From a virus: a stretch of DNA of 64,000 nt. This document shows positions 8,873 to 20,148 of the stretch, piece by piece. The notes under the pieces are model-generated. The model was not told the DNA's origin. It worked only from the letters and a program-made list of their open reading frames with translations, and did no database searches. The translations under genes and the position numbers were made by a program. The DNA lies in IMG/VR virus record IMGVR_UViG_3300045988_117831; one strand, 5' to 3'. How positions within the stretch are numbered: the stretch's first letter is position 1; every line of letters begins with the position of its first letter.

Positions 8873-9300
8873 CAGTACTCCTGATTTTTGAACATTGTTT
8901 TCAAAGCCATGGGAAGTCGCGGCCGATCCCCGCTATTCCAATCGCGAATCTGCTGCCTCCAGTAAACAAGGGCTGCGATCAGCCCAGGTCCATCCGTGGG
9001 TTCGATACCCAGCCGCCTCTGCTCGTCGTGACGATCTATGGGCCAGCGGGTATCACGAAGGATAGCCCGCTTTTCCCTGGCCCGTATAGCGCCCTGCAAG
9101 GCCTGCTCCCGCTTCGCATCGACCGGGGCGATAGGTCCGTGCGCCCCGGATAGGATCGCAGCGTGGATGGCCCTTCCGTGGGCCTCCACGTCGTGCGGAT
9201 TGGCGGTGAAAGGAACTTCTCCAATCCCCTCGAAAGTAACCATGGCGTGGATGTTTACCGCGTCCAGCCAACGTGGGTTTCTGATCCGCATCCATTTCAT
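8872..9300 (-). CDS. hypothetical protein (142 aa) between tail fibre and endolysin (fibre assembly or lysis accessory?)
   Basis: ORF coupled to the endolysin start (ATGA overlap). No TM segment, no recognised motif. Confidence 0.5.
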   Translation of the reverse strand: MKWMRIRNPRWLDAVNIHAMVTFEGIGEVPFTANPHDVEAHGRAIHAAILSGAHGPIAPVDAKREQALQGAIRAREKRAILRDTRWPIDRHDEQRRLGIEPTDGPGLIAALVYWRQQIRDWNSGDRPRLPMALKTMFKNQEY

Positions 9301-9301
9301 G

Positions 9302-12190
9302 TTACGTTACCCGCTGGAATAGGGATGCCGAGTCGCCGTTGGTGGAGTCTCGGTTATACACATACCCCATGCAGCGCCAGGTGCCCGTCGGACGGGCGCT
9401 GCTGCGATAGGTCGAATCGCAGGACGAATAGAACAGCTTGGAACTGTCCATGATCGTTCCGGGGGCAATGGACGCTGCCGGCGCGGAGGTGTCCAATACG
9501 GCAAGGATCGCGTAGGAACCGACGCCGCCAAGACCTACCTGAACCAGCGCCTGGTTGATGTAGTTGTTGTAGTTGCCGGAGTGGATGATGGGATATGCTA
9601 CGCCGCCCATTGTGCCGCCACCGATCTTTACCACGTTGTCCGCATCCAGGCCGAAGTTGACCTGATATTTCTGCGACGAATGGAACGTGATGGCGGCTGC
9701 GGTATTGGTGACGCTGTTGTTTTCCACAACCAACGCACCGACCTGTCCGGTTGATGCGATTTCGGACGCCCCATAACTGAATATTGTAGGGGATGACGTC
9801 GTATTGCGAGCTGCCAAAGTCGCCTTGGTGTCTGGGTTGAAGTTTCCCGACCTCCAGATGGTCTGCCCGTTCCAGTTCGGCGCGGCAGCGTGGGATGACC
9901 ACAGGCTCATGAGGTTGTTGGAGTCGGCAATCTCGAACGCGACGGCACCTAGAGAATAGCCGCCCCATTTCAGCTTGTTGTCCGTGTCCAGGCCGAACAG
10001 AACGCCTCGTGCCCCGTTACGAACAAACGAAATTACAGCAGCACGATTCCCGGTCGGCGTCGAAGCCTCATAGTTGAAGAACGACATAGCCGCGTCGCCA
10101 TAACTTGTCATGGCGGCTATCCCTACGTCCTTCGCGGCGCTGTTTACCATCCTGGTGTATTGGCTATCGTTGAATGCGCCCAACGTAAGCTTAGTGTTCG
10201 GATTGAAGTTCCACGGACCCCAGAACTCGACATTCCCCCAAATCGGGCGCGCAGCCATTGTGTTGATATGGGTTAGGATGTTGGATTCGTCGGTGATCAC
10301 ATAGGAGTTATTGTCGAGCGACCAGCCGGCCCGCTTGAGCTGTCCATCCTTGTCCATGCCCAGATACCATCCGGTCTGGGAGTTGTCGAAATAGATCGCG
10401 GCAGGCTCACCGCCCCCTTTTCCGAAGATTTGAATGGCAGCATTGCCATAGGATGCCGTCGTGGAGCCGGAACCCCAGGTGTTCATGTTGCCGGTGTTGC
10501 CGTTGGTATTCCGAATCCCGGTTGGGCCGGCGATTTGGTTCGTGGCATTCACCGTCAACTTGGTGGAAGGATCGAAGTTCCCAGAATCCCAAGGGGTGTA
10601 TTGACCGGCGAAGAGCGGACGGTTGTTGAATATGACGTTCGTGGACGCCCAGTCCCATCGCATGACCTGTGAACGATAGGAACCGTTCGGATTGGTGGTA
10701 TTGACTGCGATCACCGCGTTGTTGTTCGCGTCCACGCCTTGTGCAAAGGTGAATTTCCAACCGGGCTGATCGGCGGTGGTGTTCTGCCAAAGGGGGCCAG
10801 AGTTCGCGATGTACGCGAGGTTTTTCGCCACATCGAGTCGCGGCTGGAAGAAAGTCACGGAATTTCGGTTGAACAGGATGTCCTGGGTAGGCCCAGCAGA
10901 CCCCTGCCTCGAATAGAAAGCCAGCGATCCGTCTGCTTCAGATATCAGCCGATAGTCAAAATCTTTGGCGCGATTGCTGTTGAAGTGGAAATCGATGAAA
11001 GGCCGAGCATCGGACAGCTCCAGATTGGCGAACCACGGCGTTGTATCTTGGATAGCGACGTTCGGCTTGTTGACGACATCCGTCCAATCCACTTCGGTGA
11101 GCTTTTGGGACGCGACATAGTCTTTAACTTGCTTCCAACTCGGCGCCTGGTAGTCCTGATCGGCGTTGCCGACTTGGATGCGCGGCGCGCCTGCCAGAAT
11201 CCTCCAGCGGTCGCCTGCTGCGTCGAAGACAAGCTCAGCGATGAGTCCTTGGCCAAGTTCGCCGCCAGTGAGAGGGAAGTTGGCCGCGCCGACGATGGCT
11301 TTGGCGCCGAGTCCGGAGACGTTGATGGTGGAGGCGCCGGTGTTCATGGTGTTGAACTTGACCCGAAGAATCATGCCATCCACCAGGCCGCCTTGGAGCT
11401 GCGGAACTAGCGTCAACGTGTAAGCGTTCGCCGATCCGGCCGCGACTCCATAGGTGACCCGACCTTGTTGGAGGGCCATGACATTTACTGCGTACATCCA
11501 GTTGGTCCAGGCCCCGGCATTAAGCCCGCGCACAGCGACGTTCCCGACGTGGTCAGTGTAGCGTTGAACGCAGAATGTATTGGACCCGGATATCCAGGAT
11601 TTCGCCTCCAACATTCCAGCTGCTGCACCAGCCGAAGCGGGATATACGGGGGCGTTCTGAGAAGCGACGACCACTGAATCAGAGAAGAACTCCCACGTCC
11701 CATTCAACAGGTCATTGAAGTTGCGGCCGGTCGTGATGACTTCTCCGCCAGAAGATAGGCCTGGGCCTCCAGCCGGCATCGGGATGCTGGAGCGCATCAC
11801 CGACCAGGCGGGTTGTTCTTCCCAAGTCGTGCTGCTAAGAGGGTCGCTCGCATTGGCATTCACCATGGAACGATAGCGACGCATTATGCCGTCATTTCCG
11901 ACGCGCACGACTTCTGCATTCTGTTCGTAGCCGCCCGGCATGCCCTGAAACCACGGCGGCGCCATTTGACGCTGCCAGGCTTGCGCATTCTGGGTCGCGA
12001 TGAAGAAGAGTTGGTTTTGAATCTTTCGCTCGACCGCTTTGGCCTGCGGGTTGTTCGACGCCAGGCTGATTTCGTAGTCCGGCGTGTAGCCGTCGCGAAG
12101 GTTAGCGAAGCCAGTGGAAGAAGTCTGCGGGATCGGGTCTTTGTCGCCCTGCGCAGCAAACGGACTGGGTATCAGTTCGGGTGTGATCAC
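9302..12190 (-). CDS. tail fibre protein (962 aa)
   Basis: Gly/Asn/Thr/Ser-rich. Three internal repeats of type SGNFNP(D/N/S)TK(A/L)TL.A.N.. each followed by a beta-rich block. Position is after the baseplate genes. Confidence 0.8.
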   Translation of the reverse strand: MITPELIPSPFAAQGDKDPIPQTSSTGFANLRDGYTPDYEISLASNNPQAKAVERKIQNQLFFIATQNAQAWQRQMAPPWFQGMPGGYEQNAEVVRVGNDGIMRRYRSMVNANASDPLSSTTWEEQPAWSVMRSSIPMPAGGPGLSSGGEVITTGRNFNDLLNGTWEFFSDSVVVASQNAPVYPASAGAAAGMLEAKSWISGSNTFCVQRYTDHVGNVAVRGLNAGAWTNWMYAVNVMALQQGRVTYGVAAGSANAYTLTLVPQLQGGLVDGMILRVKFNTMNTGASTINVSGLGAKAIVGAANFPLTGGELGQGLIAELVFDAAGDRWRILAGAPRIQVGNADQDYQAPSWKQVKDYVASQKLTEVDWTDVVNKPNVAIQDTTPWFANLELSDARPFIDFHFNSNRAKDFDYRLISEADGSLAFYSRQGSAGPTQDILFNRNSVTFFQPRLDVAKNLAYIANSGPLWQNTTADQPGWKFTFAQGVDANNNAVIAVNTTNPNGSYRSQVMRWDWASTNVIFNNRPLFAGQYTPWDSGNFDPSTKLTVNATNQIAGPTGIRNTNGNTGNMNTWGSGSTTASYGNAAIQIFGKGGGEPAAIYFDNSQTGWYLGMDKDGQLKRAGWSLDNNSYVITDESNILTHINTMAARPIWGNVEFWGPWNFNPNTKLTLGAFNDSQYTRMVNSAAKDVGIAAMTSYGDAAMSFFNYEASTPTGNRAAVISFVRNGARGVLFGLDTDNKLKWGGYSLGAVAFEIADSNNLMSLWSSHAAAPNWNGQTIWRSGNFNPDTKATLAARNTTSSPTIFSYGASEIASTGQVGALVVENNSVTNTAAAITFHSSQKYQVNFGLDADNVVKIGGGTMGGVAYPIIHSGNYNNYINQALVQVGLGGVGSYAILAVLDTSAPAASIAPGTIMDSSKLFYSSCDSTYRSSARPTGTWRCMGYVYNRDSTNGDSASLFQRVT

Positions 12191-12194
12191 GTCA

Positions 12195-13709
12195 TTACTC
12201 CTGAATGACTTTTACATCGCAACCGGCGCAAGTCGGCATGATACCAACTGCCCGGTCATTCATGAGGTTGATCAATTGCGGCGACAAATTAAGCGCCGGA
12301 CCAACTCTGTATTCTAGCTTGAACGCCCCACTAGTGGGTAGGCCGATGTATGCAGGACTGGACAAATTGAATGTATCTTGAATCCCATCCCCTACTGCGA
12401 ATCTGGCCGGCTCGGCCGCAGTCCCACCTTTCCAGTCTCCAGTCCAATACGCTTCGGCTCCAGTCGGAAGAGGCTGGGTGAACTTGACCGTTCCGGTTTG
12501 GATGTTCTGCAGAACATAATCAGTGATGGTGGCAGGGGTTCCGGTGGTCGCCAAGTATCCAGTTGGAGTATCACCCAGTTCGATCTGAGCGCCCCAGATA
12601 AGCACGTCAATCGCCGCGCTGGAATTCGAATCAATCCAGCTGAAGTTGGTTTCTGCCGGAGCGACGTAAGCAGCGCGGAACGAAGAACTGACGGTTTTGG
12701 TCGTGAGAACGCAACGCCACCAGCCATCTTCCAAACGAATCATGCGAGCGCTTACCACGCTGCTGTCCAACATCTGATCGCTGATCACGTTCCCGGAATC
12801 CAGGTCGAAAACGGCATCGGCTCGACTGGGGAAATCGGCAGCCGATTGGACTGCAATGAAACGGGTGGATCCGGCTTTCGCGAAGAACGAAAACGTTACA
12901 GTGCTACCGGATCCCAGCGGCCCATCTATCGGCGCGGAGACGTAGGCGGTACTCCCGGCCGGCTTAGTAAGCTTGCACACCGTAGCGGAGCCGTCCGGGG
13001 CCGTAGCGGACGCCGTTTCGACCGTTACCGGACGGCCGCTCGCGGCCGGATCGACTCCTGGCCAATCGGCGTCGCTGGCAGGAGTCGATATCAGCACATG
13101 GTTCGTCCTGGGCGAGCTAGACAATAAAACCATCCCTTCCCAATCTTTCCGATATACGGCCAAATCCTCCACAGGACCATTCTCGCCGGTCGAGTCCATG
13201 AGGTAGAAGTACAACCCGGCCGCCTCGTCCCACGGCTCATCATCGTTGAAGATATACCGAAGCATGCGATTGATATATGCAATCGAGCCGTTCGAAATCA
13301 GCGCTACATATCTTAGCTGAAGCACTTTCCTGATTTCGTCCAAGTTGAGAATTTCGGCATTGCCGCCACCGTAGAAGTTGCCGCCAGGCGATGCGTCTGC
13401 CGGTGGCGGGACTTGTGTACCGCTATAGATGAAGTTCTGGCGTAGCCGACCGAATGCCCAAGAACTGTTTTTTGGATAAAGGCCGAACCCTTTCGAAGGC
13501 GTGCCGAGGATGATGCACCAAACCATAAGGCCGAACGGGTTGGCGGTCTTCAAGTTGAAAACGTCGCGCTCCCAGTTGGCCCAGAATTGGCGGCTGAATC
13601 TGTCATACCATTGCGCCTTTCTCTGGATCAGGCCGGTGATTCCAGGCGCCTGGTTATGGAGCCATTTCAGAGCTTGTTGGATGTCCGAATTGTACGCAGG
13701 CAGAGTCAT
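12195..13709 (-). CDS. baseplate wedge / tail-fibre-associated protein (gpI/gp48-like N-terminus with C-terminal putative binding domain)
   Basis: 504 aa immediately after the baseplate J gene. The N-terminal W-rich region (FWANWERDVF..GLMVWCIILG) resembles baseplate wedge subunit 2 proteins. Confidence 0.55.
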   Translation of the reverse strand: MTLPAYNSDIQQALKWLHNQAPGITGLIQRKAQWYDRFSRQFWANWERDVFNLKTANPFGLMVWCIILGTPSKGFGLYPKNSSWAFGRLRQNFIYSGTQVPPPADASPGGNFYGGGNAEILNLDEIRKVLQLRYVALISNGSIAYINRMLRYIFNDDEPWDEAAGLYFYLMDSTGENGPVEDLAVYRKDWEGMVLLSSSPRTNHVLISTPASDADWPGVDPAASGRPVTVETASATAPDGSATVCKLTKPAGSTAYVSAPIDGPLGSGSTVTFSFFAKAGSTRFIAVQSAADFPSRADAVFDLDSGNVISDQMLDSSVVSARMIRLEDGWWRCVLTTKTVSSSFRAAYVAPAETNFSWIDSNSSAAIDVLIWGAQIELGDTPTGYLATTGTPATITDYVLQNIQTGTVKFTQPLPTGAEAYWTGDWKGGTAAEPARFAVGDGIQDTFNLSSPAYIGLPTSGAFKLEYRVGPALNLSPQLINLMNDRAVGIMPTCAGCDVKVIQE

Positions 13710-15004
13710 ACGAAAGTCACCCGAACGTTACCAACGGAAATGGTAGCCTGGCCGAATGCGCTCATGACGTATTCCGAAGTGAAATCGCCCGGAGCCGGAG
13801 CCGGCGAGCCAGCCGCGACGCACGCGACCTGGCAGAGTTTGATGTAGATGCCGGGAATTTCGCGAGCGATGGCGCCGGCGACTTCGAATGCCGACAGGCT
13901 CGCGCCAACCACCAGCCCCTCTTCCCCTTCCACTTTCCCCTGGGCGTAATTGACCACTGCGTTCTGAATGGCTTCCGGAGCTACAGAGGAGGAACCTTGC
14001 TGGACTGTTACGTTAACATATCCATCGTACATAATTGGAGTGGTCCACTTCACGACATACTTTCGACCGGACGCCGGATCGCGCACAGGAACGCCATTCG
14101 GACCGTCCACCGGGACGCCGTTGTTCGTCGCACCATAGTCCCATGGAGTTCCGCCGTTATGAGCGGCCCACAACGCATCGGCGACTGCTTGTTTATCCGG
14201 GTTTCCGGCGACGCAGACCCAAACAGCATACGGAAGGGTAAACGAGACTCCATTCACCACTTGAACGGCGCCGGTGTTGTTCTCGATTACGTTCACCGAC
14301 GTGACGTTTGGAACGGCGCTCACATACGCCTTGATGGCCATAGTCGAGTTGCGGCCTTGGATGGCCAATCGATTAACGCGGGCATTCTTCAACTCTGCAT
14401 CGCTCATTTGGCGGCTGCCCGGATCGACGCGAGTGGAGGCGATGACTTTTGCTCCGGACCATCCAATTGTTCCGTCGATGATGATGAGATTCCCGACCGG
14501 CAGAGGAATGTTGCCATACTCCTGCGATTTGATATCGATGGTCGCGACACCACCAGCAGGGATCGTGACATCGCTCATCACTGTGAAGATCGCGCCGGCC
14601 GGAGTCTGGACCCTAGACCCGGTGGAAATGCGGGTTTGGCTGCGGCCGGTGACTTGAACTCCATAGCCGAAGGTTGACAGATCAGAACCGCGCTCGATCC
14701 CCATCAAGGCACAGATCGCGTCCAGGAACGTTCCGAATGAAACGTTCGGGTTTATGGTATTGGCAATTCGCGCTTCATTCCGCATGACACTGGAACGGGC
14801 GATGGCCTCGGCCGCGACAAGCGATCCCTGCGGAGTGCTCGCGGCCAAGTTGATATTGGCACCGAGGGCGGCGCGGAACTCGGCCTCAACGTCGCTCAGA
14901 ACGTCGGCGGTATCTGCGACTATCACACCAGTATCGACGATGTAGTTGTAGTTAGCCATTACAACCCCCCCCGCTGTTAAATCAGAAAAATCAAAACTTG
15001 CCAT
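13706..15004 (-). CDS. baseplate J-like protein
   Basis: Size and sequence character match the Baseplate_J family. The true start is the ATG at 15004, with AAGGAG 7 nt upstream; the ORF-track start at 15022 is a TTG. Confidence 0.75.
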   Translation of the reverse strand: MASFDFSDLTAGGVVMANYNYIVDTGVIVADTADVLSDVEAEFRAALGANINLAASTPQGSLVAAEAIARSSVMRNEARIANTINPNVSFGTFLDAICALMGIERGSDLSTFGYGVQVTGRSQTRISTGSRVQTPAGAIFTVMSDVTIPAGGVATIDIKSQEYGNIPLPVGNLIIIDGTIGWSGAKVIASTRVDPGSRQMSDAELKNARVNRLAIQGRNSTMAIKAYVSAVPNVTSVNVIENNTGAVQVVNGVSFTLPYAVWVCVAGNPDKQAVADALWAAHNGGTPWDYGATNNGVPVDGPNGVPVRDPASGRKYVVKWTTPIMYDGYVNVTVQQGSSSVAPEAIQNAVVNYAQGKVEGEEGLVVGASLSAFEVAGAIAREIPGIYIKLCQVACVAAGSPAPAPGDFTSEYVMSAFGQATISVGNVRVTFV

Positions 15005-15014
15005 GAAAATCTCC

Positions 15015-15704
<690 letters not shown>

Positions 15705-15728
15705 CTAGTATAGCCTTCCCAGGCCCGG

Positions 15729-16268
15729 TTAGGAATTATCCTTTTTGATTCTGTTGTGCGATGCTTCGGACGCCAAGGCCTCGTTCACGCTCTTCGCCGT
15801 CATGATGTCTATCATCTTAAACGCATCTTGAGTCGAATAATACTCTTCCAACTCGCGCATAGAGGCTGAGCCGTTCGCGACCAAGCTCGCAACTACAGAA
15901 GGTGAATGTGCCGTCTTCACGCTTTTGATATCTTCGACAAATCTGGATGGAATCTTGACTCCGGTCCAGTCTTTGAGAAAACCAAAGTTCCAGTCGATTA
16001 CCACTTCGGACAGAAGTGCAAGAACTTGTACGGGAGCTATTACTTTCGCTCGATCAACGACATAAAGATTGATGTTCGCAGCAGTCAATGGAAGCCAGAT
16101 GCCTTCCGGATGGTCTTCCGGATGCGCCAATACATCAGTACCCTTGAGCAATTCTTCTGGCGGCACGTTCTGAATTTCCGACATCATGCTGAGCCCATCG
16201 ACAGCAGAGAATTGCCGCGAAGTATAGTGAACTCCGAACATGTTGAATGATTTGATTTCCCTGGCCAT
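15729..16268 (-). CDS. putative baseplate/tail assembly protein (179 aa)
   Basis: Positional only, between the TMP-proximal gene and the spike. Confidence 0.45.
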   Translation of the reverse strand: MAREIKSFNMFGVHYTSRQFSAVDGLSMMSEIQNVPPEELLKGTDVLAHPEDHPEGIWLPLTAANINLYVVDRAKVIAPVQVLALLSEVVIDWNFGFLKDWTGVKIPSRFVEDIKSVKTAHSPSVVASLVANGSASMRELEEYYSTQDAFKMIDIMTAKSVNEALASEASHNRIKKDNS

Positions 16269-17131
16269 TATGCTGCTGGACTCCCCATGACTTTGATATA
16301 GAACGGCCGATCCCGACTGGCCAAATCGTATTCCAGAGCAGTTATTACATAGTTACCATTAACACTTGGATTCATGAGAGATTCGACCGCTACGCCTCCA
16401 GCCACACGAATCGATGGCTCAAACAGACACTGGAATTCCACGCCCCATTCAGACAAAGATGGAATTCCAACAAACGAGTTGACGTTGGTCACCTCATCCG
16501 GACGAATGACTTTATCGCGGTCCTTCACGATCAATATGTCATCATCGACGAACGCGGCCACGTCCGGCATGTACATATCCTGAATCGACGCCAGGATTGC
16601 CGACGCGACAGTGATAGACCGGCCCGGATTCTTCAGAACTTGATCGTTGTAACTGGTATCGCAGATGAAGTTCAATCCCATTTCGTTCGCGCCCCACTCG
16701 ACGAACTTGACAAACGTCGTGTTGGCGGGCGGCATATTCCGAATGGTCTTCGTCCTGTCGATTTGCCTGGTATAGCACTGGATGCGGATTCCAATGTCAG
16801 GTGGCGGAGAAATGATATCGACAATGGCAACTTCGCCGACAAAGACTCTGGAAACTTGCTCGCGCCCCTGGTCAGAGTAGCCGGCTTCCACCGACACCTT
16901 GATCATCAATTCATCTTCCCTGCCCACTTGACGTTGCCGGTGCTTCCACGCGGTGAACTGCGACAGAAGAGACTCGCGCAGCTGAGTGGTGAGGCCGAAA
17001 ATTTCCATCGTCGCCCGGTTCTGAATCCGCAACGCAGCCTTCATAATCCGGACCCGAACATCCAGATCTTCGCGGATGACTTCGGGTCCATAAGGCATGT
17101 TGAATGTTACTCGCAGAATTCTCTTTTTCAT
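16268..17131 (-). CDS. putative distal tail / baseplate hub protein (287 aa)
   Basis: Immediately downstream of the tape measure gene with a 1-nt overlap; positional inference. Confidence 0.5.
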   Translation of the reverse strand: MKKRILRVTFNMPYGPEVIREDLDVRVRIMKAALRIQNRATMEIFGLTTQLRESLLSQFTAWKHRQRQVGREDELMIKVSVEAGYSDQGREQVSRVFVGEVAIVDIISPPPDIGIRIQCYTRQIDRTKTIRNMPPANTTFVKFVEWGANEMGLNFICDTSYNDQVLKNPGRSITVASAILASIQDMYMPDVAAFVDDDILIVKDRDKVIRPDEVTNVNSFVGIPSLSEWGVEFQCLFEPSIRVAGGVAVESLMNPSVNGNYVITALEYDLASRDRPFYIKVMGSPAA

Positions 17132-19707
17132 CAGTAGAGTATCTTAGTTGCGGAATCGTTTTGAGCGTCCTGGATTGCCGTAGTCAGCTGGTCTGCAGTC
17201 TGCTTGCTGAATATCTCACGAGCCTCTTCCGGAGAATTCGCGCCGGTGACGTTGACCAACATGTCGATCCGACCGATGGTCAGCTCCTGGCCGCGCTCTG
17301 GAGCGCTCTTCAGAAGTTGCTCGCCGTACGTCCTGAGAATATCCATTTCTCGCGATGCGGCGTTCACCTTGGCCGTGGCTTCGGCAAGCTTGGCTGGAGA
17401 CAGGAATACGTTGTTGGCTTCGGTCGCGGCGGCCTTGATCTCCTGTTGCTTGCCCAGGATGGCTTGGTTGTATCCGAACAGTAAGTCAGAACGGCTGATT
17501 TCGCGGCGCATGATCTGGTTGGGGTTAACGCCGATCACTTGCGCGATGGCTCCTGCAGTGAGTTGAGCCTGGATGTTCTGCTTGGTCTCGCCGCGAACTT
17601 GATTCGGGAACTTCCGGAATCCAGAATCTGCCCGGTCGGCCTCTTGACGTCTAGACATCTTGAGGATTTCGCCGTCGCTGCGGTCTGGCATGCGGTCGAT
17701 GATGCGAATTTCCGGTCGCACAACCCTGTCGTCATATCGACGGGCTTCGCGGCGCTCATCTTCCTTCTTGCCCTGGTCTGGGGTTTCCAGTCGCCCGCCA
17801 TCATAGGGACGAATGTCCATGTCGCCGCCTTCCGGGGCGAACGTCTCGTTGGCGACGGTCATGGCCGCAGCCTTCTGCTTGCGCTGAGCCTCTTCCATCA
17901 GCTCGATTGGAGCGCTCATTACCAAACCCGGATATGCGCGAGTCCTTGGGCCCCAGTTCTTCGGATCGAGTCCGCCATGATAGTATGTCAAGGCCAACCG
18001 CATGTCGCCATTTGCTCGATCTAGGTTTTCACGCAGTAGGCGCGTTCCGCCGAGGATGTTCTGGCGAGGGTCATATACGTCAGTGATACCATACGCCTTG
18101 GCGATTTCCGGCATCAGTTGCATGAGGCCTTTCGCTCCGGCTTCGCTGGTGGCCCTGGCGTTGAATCGGCTTTCGGTGTATATGAGTTTCTTGATGTCCA
18201 GCTCAGGAATGTTGTACATCTTCGAAGCATCTTTGATGATATCGTTGATGTACGATGGAACGGTGACCGGCTCTGCCTTGCGCTGCGGCGAGAACATGCG
18301 ATTGCGAAGAGACTGGGCGCCGATTGGCTCGCCGAAGACTTGTCCGGCCGCGCCACTCTTCGACTGATCATAGATCGCGTGCGGATAGACGCCGGTTGCC
18401 CGCGAAGTCGGCGCGGTGCTTCCCATACCGACCGCCCGACCAATTTCCCCCGCCCAGGCTGCCCAAGCTTGGCGCTCGTCAACGGCATTCGCGAACGACG
18501 ATACCGCGCCACTGAACATGTTGATCGCCACCGCAAAATCATTGGTAGACTTCGTGGTCTGGTCAGCCAGCTTCTCTAGCTCTTTCATGGACTTAGTAGC
18601 CTTGTCCTGGTCTTCTTGTTTCTTGGCCAGGTCTTCGCTGGTTTGAGCGCCGGGAACCTTGTCCTTGTCGATGAGCCCTGATTCTTCCATGCCGCGACGA
18701 GTCCCCCACGCTGCCAGGCGACCGAGCAGGGCGCCGGGGCTGAGGAGGGATAGGATATCACTGCCAACGGTCGCCTTCCCGAGCACTCCATCTTCCCAAC
18801 GGGATTTGGTGTCCTTCGCGAAGCTTTCCACTTCATTGGGAATAGCCTGGACTATCTTGTCGATGATTTCGATCAGCTTGGTGAACGCAGGCGCGAGCTT
18901 TTCGCCGACTCGGTTTTCCAGGGTGGTGAACGTCTGGTTGAGATTCGCCAGAGCATCGTTGAATTTCTGAATGTTGGACTCGCCCTGGACCCTGGACTGG
19001 AGTTCCGCAGTCGTCATCTCGGTGACTTTTCCCATGGCCGGGCCGATCTTAGCCAGGGTGCTCAGGTAGTCTCGCGAGACGCCAAGGGCATCAGCGTAGG
19101 CAGAAATTTCGTCCGGCTTCAGCTTGGCCATTTTCGTGGCCAGATCAGTAATGATGTCGTTGAGCGGCCGCATGCCCTTTTGGAAGCTCCCGACATCAAC
19201 GCCGGCCATACGCAGAATTCGCGCTTCCGGGCCGACTCGCCCGATATCGCGATAAGCACGCCGGAAAGTGTCTGCCAGATTTTTGGTCATCTCCGCGCCC
19301 TGCTCGCGGCTGATGGTTCCACCGGACTGGCGAACGAATTTTCTCTGGTACTCTTCCAAGCGTGCCGGGGCGATGCCGATGTCCATCGCCTGGATGCGCT
19401 GCTGATTGTACTGGTCCCTGGTGTTCATGAACGCCTTGACGCCGGCCGCGACCAGGGCCACGCCAGTGGCGCCTATCGCCAGTTGCGCGTTCATCCCGCG
19501 AATCGCGCTCGTCACAGAATCGATCTGCGGAACGACTCGGCCGAGTTCAGTGGCCGCGCCGTCTGCGAAGTGGCGCAAATCCTGAAGGCCACTCGTCGAT
19601 GCGCTGTTCACGCGCCTGATCTGGTTCTGGAGGCGCTCCAGATTGCGCTCGGCTCTGGCAGTATCGGCCTCATACCGAAGTATGAATTCATCCAAATCAC
19701 TAGACAT
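17131..19707 (-). CDS. tail tape measure protein with embedded soluble lytic transglycosylase (SLT) domain
   Basis: 858 aa, alpha-helical and Ala/Gln-rich. SLT motifs ..ESRFNARATSEAGAKGLMQLMPEIAKAYGI..ILGGTRLL..YYHGG. Confidence 0.85.
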   Translation of the reverse strand: MSSDLDEFILRYEADTARAERNLERLQNQIRRVNSASTSGLQDLRHFADGAATELGRVVPQIDSVTSAIRGMNAQLAIGATGVALVAAGVKAFMNTRDQYNQQRIQAMDIGIAPARLEEYQRKFVRQSGGTISREQGAEMTKNLADTFRRAYRDIGRVGPEARILRMAGVDVGSFQKGMRPLNDIITDLATKMAKLKPDEISAYADALGVSRDYLSTLAKIGPAMGKVTEMTTAELQSRVQGESNIQKFNDALANLNQTFTTLENRVGEKLAPAFTKLIEIIDKIVQAIPNEVESFAKDTKSRWEDGVLGKATVGSDILSLLSPGALLGRLAAWGTRRGMEESGLIDKDKVPGAQTSEDLAKKQEDQDKATKSMKELEKLADQTTKSTNDFAVAINMFSGAVSSFANAVDERQAWAAWAGEIGRAVGMGSTAPTSRATGVYPHAIYDQSKSGAAGQVFGEPIGAQSLRNRMFSPQRKAEPVTVPSYINDIIKDASKMYNIPELDIKKLIYTESRFNARATSEAGAKGLMQLMPEIAKAYGITDVYDPRQNILGGTRLLRENLDRANGDMRLALTYYHGGLDPKNWGPRTRAYPGLVMSAPIELMEEAQRKQKAAAMTVANETFAPEGGDMDIRPYDGGRLETPDQGKKEDERREARRYDDRVVRPEIRIIDRMPDRSDGEILKMSRRQEADRADSGFRKFPNQVRGETKQNIQAQLTAGAIAQVIGVNPNQIMRREISRSDLLFGYNQAILGKQQEIKAAATEANNVFLSPAKLAEATAKVNAASREMDILRTYGEQLLKSAPERGQELTIGRIDMLVNVTGANSPEEAREIFSKQTADQLTTAIQDAQNDSATKILY

Positions 19708-19710
19708 GAA

Positions 19711-20139
19711 TCACTCCGGCTTGTTGGCGAGTCCTTCGGCGATCTTCATTGCTGGACCAATGAGCTTGGACGCCTCGGCCAGAAATGCGATGGCCATCTG
19801 CGATCCGACTTGTTCCCAATAGTCCGGCCGGTCGGCGTGCGTGGCCGGGTCGATGCCATTGTGCTTGAGAACAGAGTTGAAAACCAGTTCCACGTTCTTC
19901 CAGTGGCCGAGGTGGTTGTTGATGACTGCCGCGGTGGTCAGCGGAATGCCGGTGTCATCGTCGCCAAGCAGCACTTTCGCATAGCCCAGGATTTCCATGG
20001 TGAAAGAGCGGCGGAAGTCGGAATCTTGGCTGACAGCGAATTCGACGAAACGGCGCTGGAGTTCCCAGCCATCCAATGCCGACCACGCCTCGATTTGTAC
20101 GCGAGTTTGACGGCCATCGGGAAGATTGATTTCAAGCAT
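19711..20139 (-). CDS. putative tail assembly chaperone (gene immediately upstream of tape measure)
   Basis: 142 aa; position only. Confidence 0.45.
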   Translation of the reverse strand: MLEINLPDGRQTRVQIEAWSALDGWELQRRFVEFAVSQDSDFRRSFTMEILGYAKVLLGDDDTGIPLTTAAVINNHLGHWKNVELVFNSVLKHNGIDPATHADRPDYWEQVGSQMAIAFLAEASKLIGPAMKIAEGLANKPE

Positions 20140-20148
20140 GATACATCC

